The notes under the pieces are model-generated. The model worked only from the letters and a program-made list of their open reading frames with translations, was not told where the DNA came from and searched no databases. A DNA stretch of 45,891 bases, the filler included, from Sphacelaria rigidula (Eukaryota), in the NCBI GenBank assembly GCA_964200075.2. It is 2 parts of 2 records of this genome, joined end to end, with 100 filler letters (N's around TTAATTAATTAA, not from the genome) between each part and the next. Parts side by side here need not be neighbours in the genome. Positions count along the whole stretch, not along the records: positions 23,006 to 45,891 come from CAXNAA020000302.1; 1 more part is not named here. The stretch is one strand, 5' to 3'. This document shows, piece after piece, positions 23,277 through 37,200 of this stretch (positions within the stretch are counted from its first letter, which is position 1; each line of letters begins with the position of its first letter). The translations under genes were made by a program, and so were the position numbers.

Positions 23277-23912
23277 GCCAACACGAAAGAATACCGTCAA
23301 TCAACAGAGTAATTAAACATCGGCGCTGTACAAATTTCGTCTCTGTGAGCTACCTTCATTTGTCCGAAATATGACACTCAACAAATGTTTCAAAAGACGT
23401 TCCGCAGAGGGATACTGGGTGGCCGGGAGGAAATGATTTCGAGGGGGGGCGACGGGACTCGGGCGTCAGAACGAAATTTAGCAAGAAATGTCACAGACTC
23501 TATTGACTGTCATCCCGAAATTTGGCTCGTTGGGACGGGAGATACGTAGCTGATATTTAAAAAAGTATTCGAAACAGAGCACATCGGAGGTTTGCCATTA
23601 TCATTTGCAAGCTTTGGCAGTGGTGATGATAACATGACGCCCGTCACGCCAGAGATTGCTTCCAATTGACCTTTTCTCGACTGTTCCGCGTGTCATTTTC
23701 CAACGAGCCAAATTTCGTTCTGAGGCCCGAGACCCGTCGCCCCCCCTCGAAATCATTTCCTCCCAGCCATCCAGTATCCCTCTGCGGAACGTCTTTTGAA
23801 ACATTTGGTGAGTATCACATTTCGGACAAATGAAGGTAGCTCACAGAGACGAAATTTGTACAGCGCCGATGTTTAATTACTCTGTTGATTGACGGTACTC
23901 TTTCGTGTTGGC
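23277..23912. repeat. Long inverted repeat (arms ~23277-23482 and ~23707-23912)
   Basis: About 206-bp arms with ~9 mismatches by manual alignment and a ~220-bp spacer. Confidence 0.95.
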
Positions 23913-26580
23913 TAGCTGAAGCTGGCAAGAGTGAGGAACTGCACCCAACGCAACGTGTACCCGTCGAGCATTTGAATATTCACGCAACACAACCAAGCGA
24001 ATGCTGACACCATGGCGGCGTCAGGGGGGTCTTCTGATTGCCATGCTAAGCTTTTCTTCTTCGTGAATGGCCTGTTGTGATGAGGATGGCAGTTTTGATG
24101 GATGATGAACGCTCCACTTTGCTCGTTAGGGTGTATTGACTTTGGGCTGGACGTGACCATGGTGATGAAAGTGGGCGTAGTTATTTTTAATTCCGCTATG
24201 AACTCTGAAGAGGGACAACGGTTTTTCAGAGTGAAGTGGTGCAAATGGCGCTCCCATTCTGCAAAAATCGCTCTGAAAAGACTTGACAGAGGAAAGTGCA
24301 CCGTTTACCGGCTATTTTTCCTTCCACTCTGACTCTTAAGAATTGAAAAAAACGTTTTTCGAAACTGTCTATCGAGCGGAGATTTCATCACTCGCTTCAA
24401 CTTCACCAACTCTTCCTTCTCTGTTCTTCTTCACTTCCTGTAACTCTGCCGTGTGCTCGCAGCCACGCGTAGATATCCTACTCAGGGATATCAAGAGCTT
24501 CAGTGGCAACCTACTGCAGAAAGCATATCGGGCACCGTGGAGGGACATTTCGGATTTGAAACTGTTCATTCATTAATTGACCGCTTTCCACTCTCAACCT
24601 TGTTCTCGACTCTCAATCTCACGAAACATTGCTAGTAAGCGGGAAGAGTCGATATGACGGGAGTCGTCAACGCGTGCGGGAGAAGTGCTCGACCAATCCA
24701 TGCTACCAAATTAGAGGGCGTGAACCGGAGGAGAGATGGATTAACCCTCGAGGCGGTGGATTTGTCCCGAGGGGACGACGTTGCGAGAGTGCCAGAATAC
24801 ATCAACTAATGAAAATTATATTTCGCCTTTTTTTCTGCCAAACGACCAAAAAATAAACAATATATGGCATACAGGAAATCGTTTTCTCCTTTCCCCTCGT
24901 ACTATTATATTCCTACACTTACAGTGGCCAAGATCCATAGACATGAAGAGTGCACCGGCCATCCAGACAACAACCAAGTCCAACCAACCGCTACTCTACT
25001 CACATATGTATCCATGTTATACATACATAAAAAGACGGCATACCAAGACAGTCATGAGAGTACGATCGTAGTCCCCTCAACCAGCACTGGACTCCGCAGG
25101 CATACAGTACCTCCTATAGCGTGCGCCCCCTCTCAGCTTCGCATGGGTACCTGTAGCGTGCGCTTCTTACCCGTGTCATGTGTGGAAAACAACGACGTAC
25201 CGCTCTCTCAAAAATCCAATTTGTAAGAAGTAAAAGATCGAGAAAATCTGGATGTGCAGAAAATAATTTCCTGTATGATAAAAGATTATAATGATCCGTC
25301 CGTGTACGTAACCCCTGCATTCAAAGACATACACAAATATGTGTATATATATATATTTGTATACGTATCATTGAATATAGCCATATTGTCCGCAAGTATT
25401 TCCTCCTTGGGTAATGACCATCATCACTCGGGATGACGCATCCAAATGAGAAATACATCCTGAAAAAAAAAAACTAGAACATCAACCACAAAACTTCGAC
25501 CAGTCACCATTACATAAGCTTCCACCACAGATAACGATCTTCCCACAGTATAAAACATTAACATGTAAATTAGAATAAGAATTTTGGGGAGAAACGCCTC
25601 CGGTCATCCTTGATATCAATATTTTCTCACCGTTCACCCCTGTTGCCACCCCGCAAAAAACGCCCTATCAGCATCTTACAAAAGTATATATCTTATCGGC
25701 GGAAACTTTCTTCCGCGAAAAAAAAAGCACGGAAAAATCGAAAAGCGCAACCGAAACACAGAAACGCATACCAAGCATGACTATACCGACAAGAAGACCG
25801 GAACCGCTCTGCTAAGCCTCGCATTCTTTCACTATTTTTTTGTTAGCGTGCCCGCGACCGAGAACCCCCCCCCCCCCCCGACCATCTCACAAAACAGTAT
25901 CGCGCTAAAAGGCCTCAGATCGCGACTGGCTGAATTTGGGGAAAAGTCAATGACGAAAACAACTGTACCTTCTCATCCAGCGAGATCTCGCCCTTTCGTG
26001 TTATTCCCCGTTTCTCTTTGCCTCTATGTTTTTCCAAAATCGCACACGAGAAATACATGTATGTATATAAGTACAGTATCGGGACCGTCTGTCTCCTCGA
26101 CCATGAATCCCGTGTAAGGCCGAAGACATCAATACACATAAATGATGAAAAAAAACGACCAACTTTTGCGCTACAAACATGTACTTTATATCATGGAAAG
26201 CCACAGATATTGCAGCAGAAGTAATAAAGAAACGACACGCTTTTTTTGTGCAACTACAGCCACGCAGATTATCGTCTCATTCTCAGAGACCTACATGAAA
26301 ACACTCATAAAAAAACACGTCACAACGCACATGAGGAGGGAGAAATCGATTGCGCCCGAGGGAGTCGAGGTTTTTACGTATGTCCCATTTATTTTTTTCG
26401 CTAAATTGTCAATGATTCCTAATTCCCTTCCCTGCTGAGGGTATATCGTTGATTACACGTAAGGTTCCCCGTAGCATGAGCTAGAACCGTACAAGTAACG
26501 GATATGTGACGCCGTGCGAACTCCGTCTCAACTAATTCGTTTCTCCTATACTCAAGCTATTAGCACCCAGATACTCCCCG

Positions 26581-26613
26581 GCATGCTCCAAAATTACTAC
26601 TAAACCTCTCTTC

Positions 26614-26685
<72 letters not shown>

Positions 26686-26780
26686 ACCCACATCACTACA
26701 CGCGCCCCCCCCCNNNNNNNNNNGCATGCTCCAAAATTACTACTAAACCCCTCTTCCCCCCCCCCCGCGCCCCCCCCCCC
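26581..26780. other. Poly-C run with gap and duplicated flank (assembly artefact)
   Basis: gcatgctccaaaattactactaaacc occurs at 26581 and again at 26724, either side of a ~70-C run and a 10-N gap. Confidence 0.8.
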
Positions 26781-29700
26781 GTAAACCTGTGCCCTCACCG
26801 CTTCTCGCCCTGCACAGCACAAATAGCGCTTTTGTACAGGGGCGCACCTCCACCATTCGAGAGAGGTGACGCAAACCTCGCCATATCTTGATGACGACCA
26901 TCCTGCCTTGATGGATCACAATACGGACGAAGTCGAAAAGACGACACTAGCGAACAAAAACTATACTACGTTTTCATCGGGGACCAACAGAGTCCAACTA
27001 CTCCTCGCGCCCGTGGAGATTGCCCGCTTCAAAAAAAACATGACTCATGCCGTATATCTTAGTTCCCACACTCACCCTCCTACCCAAACACCATCGAGAT
27101 GTATATCGATGTATACCGATCACACTATTTCAGTCTCCGCCCGCCCAGCTGTTGACGCTTTCGATGAGCAAATGAAGAATAACATCTAAGATACCCTATC
27201 CGCTGTGGGTGCTGTTTACTCCACGTCAAGGACGATAAAGGGACTTGTACCACAAAAAAGTAACTTGCATCGGTGGGCAGACTTCCGATCTCCGTGGGCT
27301 CTTTAAGACGAGGCACCATCTTTGCGGCTACAATTCCGAAGTAAAAGGGCACATCAGACCACAGTGACCAAGGAGGTTGTGTAATGGCTCCCAAACTAAA
27401 TTCTCTCCCGAGTTCCGCCAAGGTTTACAGAGAAGAGGCGGAACACACGAGACGCGGGTCGCGTCCAGCATCACAGGGCTGCACACAGTGCACCACGTCC
27501 ACGTCGGGTTTTTGCTAACATCGCTCGAAAGTCCACAGAAGAGCTGCGGACCGCTAACCGCTTTAACTCGTATCTACTATCTTCAAACCCCTCCCACACA
27601 CACGCACGCTCCCGTAAACTTTTATAGACCTGTCCGGCCATGACGTTGAGAGCTAGTGAACAATTTCAAAATGAAATCACCCATCCTTACCCCCCCCCCC
27701 CTCCCCCCCCCCCCCCCCCCCCCCCCCACACCCACACCCCCCCCCCCCCCCCCCTCCCCACCCCCCACCACAACAAAGTACCAAAAACAACACCGCTTCA
27801 AGGCACACATGGGAAATATGTCCCCGAGAACCCACGCCTTGAATATCGAACGGGTGCCTTTTTGTACCACCACGGGGGACACCATTTGCTATACTAGAAG
27901 GAGCGCGATTTTCGGCACAACTACAACAAACACGGGGTAGGGAGGAAGCGTCAGCTCAACCCGTGCTGAGCACTTGGATTTTCCCTCATGAAGTCCCCTG
28001 CGGTCGTGCAGTTACTCCCGATGGCAAAGTGAAGAGACACCCAAAAAAGATCCTAACTGACGCGTGGAAACTAATACTGACTAAACTATTGCTAGACCTT
28101 CGACTTCAAGACTGAGGGTGGCATTCACACATCGCGGCAAAAAACAATCCCGGAAAAACATTATCTGCTTGGTATTGACTGTGGTACTGGATACACTAGC
28201 TGCGCATAGGCGGGCGGTCTCAGAATACGTGCTCCCCTTCCCCAGCCCACAGCAATGACTAAAAACACAACACTCAACACATCACGACACACGACATTGC
28301 GGTGGCACCCCGTCAACGAAAAAAAAAGATGACCACAGGCCATTCCTACCTCACATGAGAGTCAACCCGCGATACACTGCCCCCAGCAATATTCCCCCCC
28401 AGCAGTTGTCCCCGTTGTGTCGCGGCAATATCCCCCAAAGGGTCGGGCAAGAACCACGCATCCGGGAAATTTCTATCCATCTTGCGATGAATCCACTAGA
28501 TGGTGTTGCATGCAAGCATTACTCATGTATGCACCCAAACAAGAGTATATCATAAAAGTAAATATATCGTACAAGTAACTCCGAGACTTCCCCCCCAACC
28601 CACATTGCCACCCTCACAAGTGTCAAAACACGATAAAAAAAAAGACAGCGACTCCGGCGTCCAAGCGGGGTTTCACAAACCCTGAAACCAACAGACTCGT
28701 GTTTTTCGGTAATTATACCGAATTCGCCTCAACTGACTGCACATCACGACCACCACTCTTGGCTAGCTTCTATTTCATAACCGTTCCCCACTACATGTGG
28801 CTTGGACCGCCACACGGTGACATACAACCCTAAAAATATGCGCTGCTTCAGGCTATAGAAACACACACACAAACGCACACGAACACACACACACACCCCT
28901 GCGCACTTTTTCTACCTTCTTTCATAGTGATATTCAACATTCAGAACAAGAGCCAAGCATCGGCTGACTTCGCCATAGATGCTCGCGTGACTTTTTTGGA
29001 GAACGACACACGGTCAAACGCGCGGAACTCATCAACACACATACCAATTCCTTTGTTCTACAGATAAACAGCTACACCAGTACCACTATTTTTCACGAGA
29101 GGCGCACAAGTCGAGATCGAATAAAGAAACATTGATTCGTCAGCAGCGCCTCCCCCCCCACCCCCCTCCCAACCCCATGCACAGCAACCTATAGTTGTCG
29201 AATGTGCACGACCAACAACGTCTCCCGAAAAGAAAGTTCAACACTAGCAGGCATTGGCGCTTTATTCTTGTTCAGATTGTGTTCTCTCCCGAACCTCCCC
29301 CACCCCTCCCCTCCCCTTTCCCCCCGCCAACACCTCAAACGTCGTGTGGTACATCCGAAAGTCTTCACGGCATCGCCTTACGCAGGCTGCTTCGGGACGT
29401 AAAAAAATAACATAGCCTAAAAATGAATGTCAAGACACATGCTTTCCCCCGCCCGTTTGAGTGCTGAAAGCACACCCCCAATATGCTGTGCGGTTGCACA
29501 TTATTCCAAACCAGCGAAATGAACCAAAGAAGCGTAGTCAATCCCACCCATCACCTACACGTTTATGGCAGCATGGACCAACGCGCACAGTCACCCGACC
29601 TCTTCCACACAGCTACCACACGTGCAGAAATCAACACTGAAGTACACAGAAGACTTTTGTCACCTCAACCCTATTCATTTCAACTTGTACATGTCATCTT

Positions 29701-30235
29701 ACAGCAAAAAAACATAACCACCTCGTGTCTTTGTCGACAAGGAACAGTAAGACGACATACTAAATCAACACGCCGCACCCTCTCCATATACCGCATCATG
29801 AACGTCATGAAACTCAAAAATGACTGACTCGAAAAGAGACGCGAAAGGGATCCCTCTCCCCTCCCCCCTTCTCCCCTCCGAGTACGCCCCTCCTTCCCTC
29901 CCCGTGCGCTTCAACACCACTGTTATGTATCCCAAACGAAAGTAATATCCATGGGCATCATTGTCAAATGTACGATGCAAAAAAAACAAGCAAACCACTC
30001 CAAGAAAACAACACCGCGGATGTATCTATCCTGATACAACCTAGTAATGTGAAAAAAAGAAATCACACGCGCTCGGATACAGACACACTCTCACACGATA
30101 GCCGCTCTAGACGTATACATTACACTGTCGGGATAAACTGTTCGATAATATGGTTACTAATGGCACACTTCACGGAGCACGGCAAAATGCCACTCCGCCA
30201 GTAACGCGGCAACAGCGGCGGCGACGCTCATGTGT

Positions 30236-30331
30236 CTAGAGCCAACCAGCAGTCTGGCCGTCCCTCAGAAAGAAGTCCTCAAAACTGTCCCCGTTCGGAT
30301 TGCCGGTGGTGCCGCCGTTGCTTGGGTAGTC
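30236..30331 (-). CDS. Gene 2 terminal exon (DYPSNGG...DSFEDFFLRDGQTAGWL*)
   Basis: tttttacag acceptor; TAG at 30238-30236. Confidence 0.75.
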   Translation of the reverse strand, partial: DYPSNGGTTGNPNGDSFEDFFLRDGQTAGWL

Positions 30332-31241
30332 CTGTAAAAAGCACCACAGCATTACGGCCGAGGTACGACCCCACAAAAAACAAAAAAACAGAGAGGCTCA
30401 GTGAAAAACAAGGTGGAGAATGAGACTACACGCAAAATGAAGGATGACGCCTGCGTAGGTGCTTTAGTCTGAAGAAACATTCGTAGTAAAAACACAGCTC
30501 GAATGGAGGAAAGTGGGGGCCCAGACTCAAGTAGTATATCGCGGGTGACTACAACAGGTATTAAACGACACTCTTCAATGTGCAGCGTAAGAAATCCCCG
30601 AGTACTCCGAATGAGGGCTATTCTACACTACGCGGTGCTGCGGAGGGTTAGCACCTTGAATTGCGCTGGGGTACTCTGTACTGCAAAGGCTTCTCGGAGT
30701 ATGTAGAGGAACGCATCGCAAGCGTTCTTTGGAGGCGGATAGTCGATTTCCTTCGCGCAACCTGCGGCCACGTTCAACACCGACCTGCAACCGAACGGTG
30801 ATCACAACAACGTGTCGACCGTTATGCGACTACCAGAAAAAGCTGTGAGGGGGACGCACCATGGCCTCCAACGGCTGCGGAGCACCGGCTTCTGCCATGG
30901 GAGCGGGAGCGTTGGCGCCCCCCGAATTAGTCGAGTTCCATGTCTGTGACGAGTTGCAACGCACGAAGCGGAGTCGCGGATTGTAAGGAAGGGGGAAGAA
31001 ACAAATACGACGAATGGACAGCAGATCACGATCGAGCGACAGACTTTGGAGGGTTCCAACGTGCTACTCTGAGATTGTCGACTCTGTTGTAGACAGGAGG
31101 ATACGCAGCAGCATCGCTAGGAGGGCATGCATGTCATCTTTTTACGAGATGATATCCGCGTCACCTGGGGACCGCCGGCATCATCTCGCCTTGCAGGGAA
31201 AAAAACGGACGATGAGTTTGCACGCCTCGGCACCTGCGGAT

Positions 31242-31296
<55 letters not shown>

Positions 31297-34200
31297 GACC
31301 TTGAGGTGGTGGTACTGTTGCTGTTGACGGCGTTCCCTCCCGGACTGCATCCCCTGGAAATGCTCGTGCATTGCTCTGCGGACCTGGTCACCAATCACCT
31401 GGGATACCTGTTCAAGAAGTCCAACCACAGAACGCACCATCGAAATCAACAAAAGGAAACATGTAGACAGCACTAAATCGAGCACTGCCGAAGGCAACGA
31501 AACCCTCCTCAATACACCGACACGACAACTCTGTCCGCCACACACACCCACACCATTCCTGTTTGGAGCTCAGGAGCACCAGCTCTCACCAGTATTGCCC
31601 GTGGCAATACCAATACACCGCGACGCCTACTGTCCCATCGATTGCCTTCTTCGTGACAAGTCTACTCTATTGCGGAATTAGCCAATCCTTCCGCCCCGTA
31701 CTGCTTGCCTTGAGACACAATTTTGTCCGGGAGTGGATCAGCCCCCCCATAAATTTTCGTTACCCTCATGCTCGACACAACGTGCCACTTTCGACTCTTC
31801 TTCACCCGCCTGTAAGGCCTGTGTGCTCACCTGCTCCTCGATCATGCTCTTGATTTTTTCCCACGCAGTCTGAGATGTCACCGAGTCGCCAGAACCTGCT
31901 GATTCACATGCGAGCAGGCAAGATGTTTCATAATTAGTCAGTACATGTACTGCGTGGACAAGCTCCAGTAAATCCCTTGTGAGGATGAAGAGAGGGTGGT
32001 GACAAGCCAACACACGACTTCTTGCTGCCTCGTGGCATCAAAATTCCAAACGTATAACCGACATATTTCCGCCTCTGAGATAAGCCAGGTCCTCATGACT
32101 CGTGTTTCGTGGGCCAACGCGCTGCAGCATAGTAAGAAACATATGTGTATGATTCACCCCCCACCCTTTTTCACCTTCTCCCCCGCCTGTTGCCATGCCC
32201 TGATGGAAAGATTCAACCATGGTGCTTGCGTTTGACGCAGGGCTAGAACTTGAACCCGGAATATTGGCGGATGAGGTTGAACTCGCGGGATGATATTCCT
32301 CTCCGTGCATAGGTGCCCGGACGTTTGCCGCCTGAGAATGAAATGGACCAGATAAATACAGTCAGGCAAAGAACAAGAAAAAAATAGGTCGGGCTGTTAT
32401 TTTTCGAAGGGACAGCGCGGATGGCGGGTGGCGTGACATTGGATGCACCTGACATTTTTCCGGCCTTCTCGTATACGACGAATACGTGATAAAGGACCTG
32501 CAGTCGATATGTGATGCCCTCGTGGCTTTTTCCATGACGTCACATCTTCACACGATACCGGCTAGCCGGGAATGACGAACAACTTCTCATGCACGTGTAC
32601 AAACAATACTTGAAGCAGTGCTCTTCACCGGTCAATCAGAGAATGTACACTCTCCACCATCTCTTGCAACGTTTGGCGTTCCCCGAGCGTCCATCTGCCT
32701 CCTAACAACAGCCAACGGCCGCGATATGTCTCGGATCAGACCAAAGTTTCAACAGAATCGGCCCCTTCGGCAGCACTTACCCCAGTCTCCTGTCCAACCT
32801 TCCCATGGTCGAGTGATGACTGTCGTCCCTGGCTCCTCCGATCCTGTGGCGAGTCGTCACCCCCGCAGCCAGCGCCGTCGGGGTATGCTGTCGTAGACAA
32901 GATCCCCATGGCCCCACCGTTGTTGTCGCCCCCGTCGTGGAGAGATGTGGATGATCCGATCGATCCCACCTCCGACACAGCGGAAGTGTGCATCGCGTCA
33001 TCGCCATGGTTACTGTTGCGGCTGCTGCTTCGGTCGTTGTTGCTGCCGTCCTCGTGAAGCATGTCGCACCTTCGAGGATAGCTGCTGAACCTATCCCCGG
33101 TGAGCGGCGGTGTTCCCCCCGCGGGGGCGGCGGACCGTGCGCGTTTCTTGTTGAATGTGTCCCACGGTGCGTCCCCCAAGGACCTTTTACCCCCGTGATC
33201 CGGGTGGTTTCGCTGATGCTGGCTCTCTTCGTCCATGACACCGGAGGCAACCGCTACCGACGAGGGTTCTTCTCCCGAAGGACCATCCCCGCCCCCGAGA
33301 TCCATTCGGCTAGTGGTCACGGTCGGCATGGGGTTACCGGCCGCGGCCGCAGCGGCGGCGGCGGCCGCGGCCGCGGCAGAGGCGGAGATCGCGGTGCGAT
33401 ATCCCAGATTGGTGCCAGCACCCACAACACCCTGCGGCATCGACGACGGAAGCTGCTGGAACAGGTTCGATGACGTGGACGATGCCATGGAGCTGTTATT
33501 GTTGGTGTTCTGATCGTTCATTCCGCTGCCGTGCCTTTCGAGCGCTGTCCCGACGGTGAAAGCTCGAGGGGACAGCTCCACCGCCACGGGAGACCCATGT
33601 GGATTGGGCCCATGCGCATGGTCTTGTGGCGGAGTAGACGAAATGAAGCTGTTCCCATCTCCTCCCCTGCCTCCCGATCCGTTTCCGTCTCGCTGACCTC
33701 CGCCGGAGGCGGTGTTGATGCCATTACTCTGCAAGAATCCACGGTGGTTGGCACTGGACAGGTCTTGCCGCAGCACGAACCCTGGGGGAGAACCTGCGGG
33801 CACCCCCATTCTGTAACCAGACGGAGCGTTCCCCCTGCTGAATGGAAAGCCAGGGGATTGAGCCTCGGGAGCCCCTCCGGTACCACCCATTCCCCCACCG
33901 AAACTGTTGTTCGACGCCCCCATGATGAAGGGCAAACCTGCGGACGCTATGTTCTTGTTACCCGGAGGGGGGGGGTTGGCGGAGGTGGTGGGGACCAGGG
34001 CAGTTTCGGGGTCAGCACCAATGGCCATTCTCGCCGCCATCCGTGCTGCCGTGCGGCCTTCGTCGTTCACCACCTTCTTCAGTGCGGCGTCGCGGAGGTG
34101 CTTGATCTTAATCCTGTTCTCACAACCGCCCTGTTTTTTCAGGAGTGGATGCGGCGTTCGGCAACACAAGATATGGATCGACAATTCCAGAAAATGCGTG

Positions 34201-37200
34201 AATCGCTTCCGATAAACTCACTTGGGTCTAGTGAACAAAGACATGGGGTATCAGAATCACAACGGCGAGGGTGCTTGGGGTACTTGATCTTCATCCCTTT
34301 TTTGGTGCGAGCTTCCAGGTTTCGAAAGCACGGAGGCGGGATGATTTCAGCCCATTTCGAGGGCAGTTTTTCCACATTTCGTGTTGAACATCTCATCGGT
34401 TGTCGAGGGTGTTCCAAGGATGACCAGAGGTGAGGATAACGCGTCCTCAACGATACGCACCTTGAGGATAGCTTGCAGCACGGCGATCATACGCGCCAAG
34501 GTCTGCTTCCTGCGTTCCTCTTTTTCAGTTCCTTCCTGTTGTTCTGCTAGGAGTCCGGTCTCGTGGCAAAACCGGACCATGGAGCTGCACAACAGCAAGA
34601 GAGCAAACGGGAGACTCAGCGACAGATGCCGAGTGGAAATCATGAAGGAACTCATGAAATTGGTACGACATGCATTGAAACCCGTATGGACGGGAACAGT
34701 TGCTAGAGGCCATCGAAACATGACGTGTGTAACCTCAAACGTCGACATGGCAGCGATGCTGCTCGTCGTCTACATGATCATAGGCTGTACAACAAGGCGG
34801 GAGGATCGTCCCTCCGAAAACCAAATATGCTCGCTCTTGAAGTGTACTCAGAAAACCCAATCGTTTCCACAGTAATTTTATCAGATAAAATGCGGGTCTC
34901 ACTTGAGCTGCAGCACGTGAAATTGTGCGTCTCCCTTGTGAAACAGTAGGACGTAGTTCTTGTAGTTCTGCACGTGCCAATCACAACGATCACCGGGCAA
35001 CCACGATGCACGGAGGAGTGGTGAGGGGCAGGGAAAAGAACGTTAGAGGAAAAAAACACCCAACATTACAGTAACTTTGAGAGTCCATGCATACGCATGC
35101 GGGGACTGCATCGAGTCATTTATTTACCCACCGTCTCCACTGATATGAAATCATGAGGGGAAATGTAGGCCTCCTAAAAAACATACCTCCTTCCTGAGAA
35201 TGCCTGCGCAGATGAACGGGCTAGCGGCTGGAAGCTTGTCGAAATATACGCCGGCCCCCAGGCCCATGGCCCTCCTCGTTTCCTCAGCTCCCCGGCTGTC
35301 CGAAGCACCGCAGAAGTATCTGGCGAAGAAAAAGGTGTAAAAATCGGACACTCATCAGGCAAACATGGGAATGACCCCATAGTGGCTATACACTACAGGT
35401 GCACATTTCCTTCCCGAGGTTTTGCACTGTCGGGGCGTCTGGATGACGAAACACCTGAGCTATAGTGTGCGGCCTCAAAACGCCTCTAGAGAAAAAAGTG
35501 CACCTCTGCCATAGAATCCCTCTCCACTGCTTCCACGGTTCGAAAGTGTCAGGGAGAAGACATCAGGCAGGATATCTCACATTTCGTGTCAGCATAAGCT
35601 CGACGCGGAACTCAAATACCGTAACAGATTCTTGCCAAGCCCCTCAATGATTGATGTATATTCGCACATCAACTAGTCTCCGAGAGGATCCAGCCGCGGC
35701 CAGGAAAACAGACACCCACGGTGCACAAGACTAACCGAGTATGCAGTCACCTGTACTTGATTATTCCGATGCGCACTTCCGATCCCTCAGGGACGGGTCC
35801 GAAGTAGGTGAAGTGATTGCTACGGCACGCCAGGATGCGTCTCGGGCCACTGCCGCTAGTGAGCATGCGTTCCCGAGTGTAGATTTCTTCCGAAGTCATG
35901 GAAGACACATCGAGGCCGTTCATGCTCCCTCCCTGGAAATGACAACATTATCATCGCCCCGATCATGGCAGAGAGGAGCGGAAGCGAGAGGGCTAAGAAG
36001 AAAAAATGAAACGGACGGGAGATATCAACGACAGAGTGGGCGACACGCACAGCGTGTGCAGGTTTGCTTGTTTCCACGGATTTCTTCGGCCTGATTGCCA
36101 AAAAAGGATAAAAAAGTTGATCGCTGGTCGAAGGGGTATCCACGCAACTTTTGCGCCATTCCGCGTGTCTGGGCTGCGTGTACCTGAGTTGCAACGCTGA
36201 AATAAAGCCCAGGGATTGTTTCATCACGAGTCGACTCATTACACTAAAGCCAAGTATTTTTCGGACGAATCATTATTTGTCCGACCCTTGCTTGTTTCGA
36301 CGCTAGAAATAACCTCGTGAGCCTGCCAAGCGCACGGAAAAGTTTGAACCAACTCAGTAGAGATTCATCACTTCGGTGGTGACCGGCCTGCCGACTCGAA
36401 ACAGCTAAATGAGAACAATACTTACAGCCGCGAGCTGCTCGGACAGAAGTCGGCTAACCCCAACATTGCCGCGCCTCTTAGCCTTCTTGTTGTTGCCGTT
36501 GCCGTTCAGCTGGCGCCCCTCCCCACCGCCACCCGCACCGCCGGCGTCATTCGCCTCACCACCCCCGCCCGACCCAACCGCGCCAACGGACGCTACCCTC
36601 TTCTTGCGACGAGTGGCCACGCTGGCAGCAGCGGCGGAGGCACTGGTGGTCGAATTCGGAGTAATGGTAGTCAACCACCTAGTTTGACTTTGTTCCTCAG
36701 GAATCGCCGGAGGTGTACCGATTTGAGGTAGCATTCTAGGTCGTCCCCTTCCCCTGGGCGTAGTGGACACGATGCCCTTGGGTGTAATGGTTGTCGTAGT
36801 TGTACTAGTGCCGGCGGTGATCGTTGGAGCAACACCGTTCATGTCGCAGAGTTTGCTTTTGCTATTACCGCGGAGCCGTCCGATGGCCGCTGTGTTTGAT
36901 AGGGCAATATCCGACGCTGGGTAGTGACTACCGTTCCCATCGGATGAGTGCTCGCTGTTGTTGACTTGGGAAGAGTCGTCGCATTCGCTTATGGGAGCCC
37001 CGGCCGACGTGGTTGACTGCAAAGAGGGGGAAGCGTCGCCTGCGTCGCTGCTGGACCTGTCTTCGTTATCGCCGCTGTCGTCGTCAACGTTTTGAGATTG
37101 CTGATGGCGGCCGTGATCATCCGATGAGGGGGAGGGATCGCCGACTGGGGACATTGCGTCTGGGAACATCAGCGCCGAGGTCGTGGCGCCGGCAGGGTCA

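Noticed and set aside
26581..26780. 70-nt poly-C and an apparent direct repeat; similar C-rich tract at ~27690-27770
   Set aside because: A duplicated flank around a gap and degraded sequence after homopolymers indicate sequencing/assembly error; the poly-G and poly-P ORFs are spurious.
34222..34296. Exon-like segment GMKIKYPKHPRRCD... with a strong gtgagt donor
   Set aside because: Its phase-1 end is incompatible with the phase-0 flanking exons; direct 34461-34130 splicing keeps the frame. At most a poison exon.
33531..34433. 300-aa + strand ORF and other overlapping ORFs at 32988-34875
   Set aside because: Antisense shadows of GC-rich gene 2 exons.
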